A model generated the notes under the pieces. It saw only the letters and a list, made by a program, of their open reading frames with translations. It did not search any database and was not told the DNA's origin. Both the position numbers and the translations under genes were made by a program. Below are positions 63,579 to 64,000 of a stretch of 64,000 bases of DNA, piece after piece. This DNA comes from an uncultured Methanosarcinaceae archaeon (lineage in GTDB: Archaea > Halobacteriota > Methanosarcinia > Methanosarcinales > Methanosarcinaceae): assembly GCA_963847185.1 (NCBI GenBank), contig CAWJYV010000007.1:32001-96000 (forward strand), written 5' to 3'. Every line of letters begins with the position of its first letter. The first letter of the stretch is position 1.

Positions 63579-64000
63579 TTAGTGCGATTTATCAATAATC
63601 TCGGCTTTTAGCTGCTGGTATCCTCTCTGCTCTATTGTTGTTAACTTGTATTCGGGGGATTCGAGCATAATGCCAGCTTCGTACTTCGTACATTCTCCTA
63701 TAACGGTTAAGTTACATATATTTTGTACTTTTTTCAGCTTTTGAGGGTCAATTGTCATAAGAAGTTCGAAATCTCCACCTGTATAAAGGGAAAGCTCTGC
63801 CAGTTCTTCGGGACTTGAAACAAATTCTCTAACTTCTTTCAGGATTGGAAGAGTGCTTTCACGGATTTTGAAACCTACATGGCTTTCTCTGGCAAGGTCA
63901 TAAAGGGACATGGCGAGGCCGTCACTCGTGTCCATCATGGATGTGACCGCGCCTGACTCAGCCAGTTGTCTGGCTTCTTTCGTGCGGGGGATAGGTTCAA
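63579..64000 (-). CDS. thiL: Thiamine-monophosphate kinase, 3' part (5' end beyond window)
   Basis: Frame open to the window edge: EPIPRTKEARQLA..VTSMMDTSDGLA..GGDFELL..VIGE..RGY. Confidence 0.88.
   Translation of the reverse strand, partial: EPIPRTKEARQLAESGAVTSMMDTSDGLAMSLYDLARESHVGFKIRESTLPILKEVREFVSSPEELAELSLYTGGDFELLMTIDPQKLKKVQNICNLTVIGECTKYEAGIMLESPEYKLTTIEQRGYQQLKAEIIDKSH

Overview
Core chromosomal region of a Methanosarcina-like methanogenic archaeon, judged from gene content (ftr, mfnA, porCDAB, PolD small subunit, aRF1, DUF1608 S-layer protein), GGAGG/GGTG ribosome-binding sites, and long AT-rich intergenic spacers full of short tandem duplications. The window spans the probable replication origin: cdc6/orc1 followed by a ~2.4 kb gap with ORB boxes inverted around an AT-rich unwinding element. 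Housekeeping and transport genes include two 4xCBS proteins, an Rnl3 RNA ligase, a SelB-like factor, a Zn/Mn ABC transporter with a DtxR-type regulator, dus, a signal peptidase, taw1, prf1, argS, two tandem core methionine synthases, tRNA-Lys(CTT), three tandem TRAM proteins, a bactofilin-like gene, a sulfonate/nitrate-type ABC transporter and the 3' end of thiL. Features the ORF track misses: (1) ftr appears to start at ATA; (2) the chemotaxis cluster is decaying (cheA frameshifted in a G6 run, cheB reduced to a broken receiver-domain relic, no cheC/cheD); (3) an intact IS1-family element sits next to a 199-bp MITE with an 8-bp target duplication; (4) a structured, relatively GC-rich segment with an amber-containing uORF lies upstream of the release-factor gene; (5) paired 17-bp palindromes precede znuA. 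I found no CRISPR array, prophage or recognisable defence system, and I cannot claim a clearly new multi-gene system. The best speculative leads are the prf1 leader, the ATA start, the MITE, a stand-alone integrase-like domain and the HxH methionine-synthase pair. All assignments come from motif recognition by eye; no searches were run.
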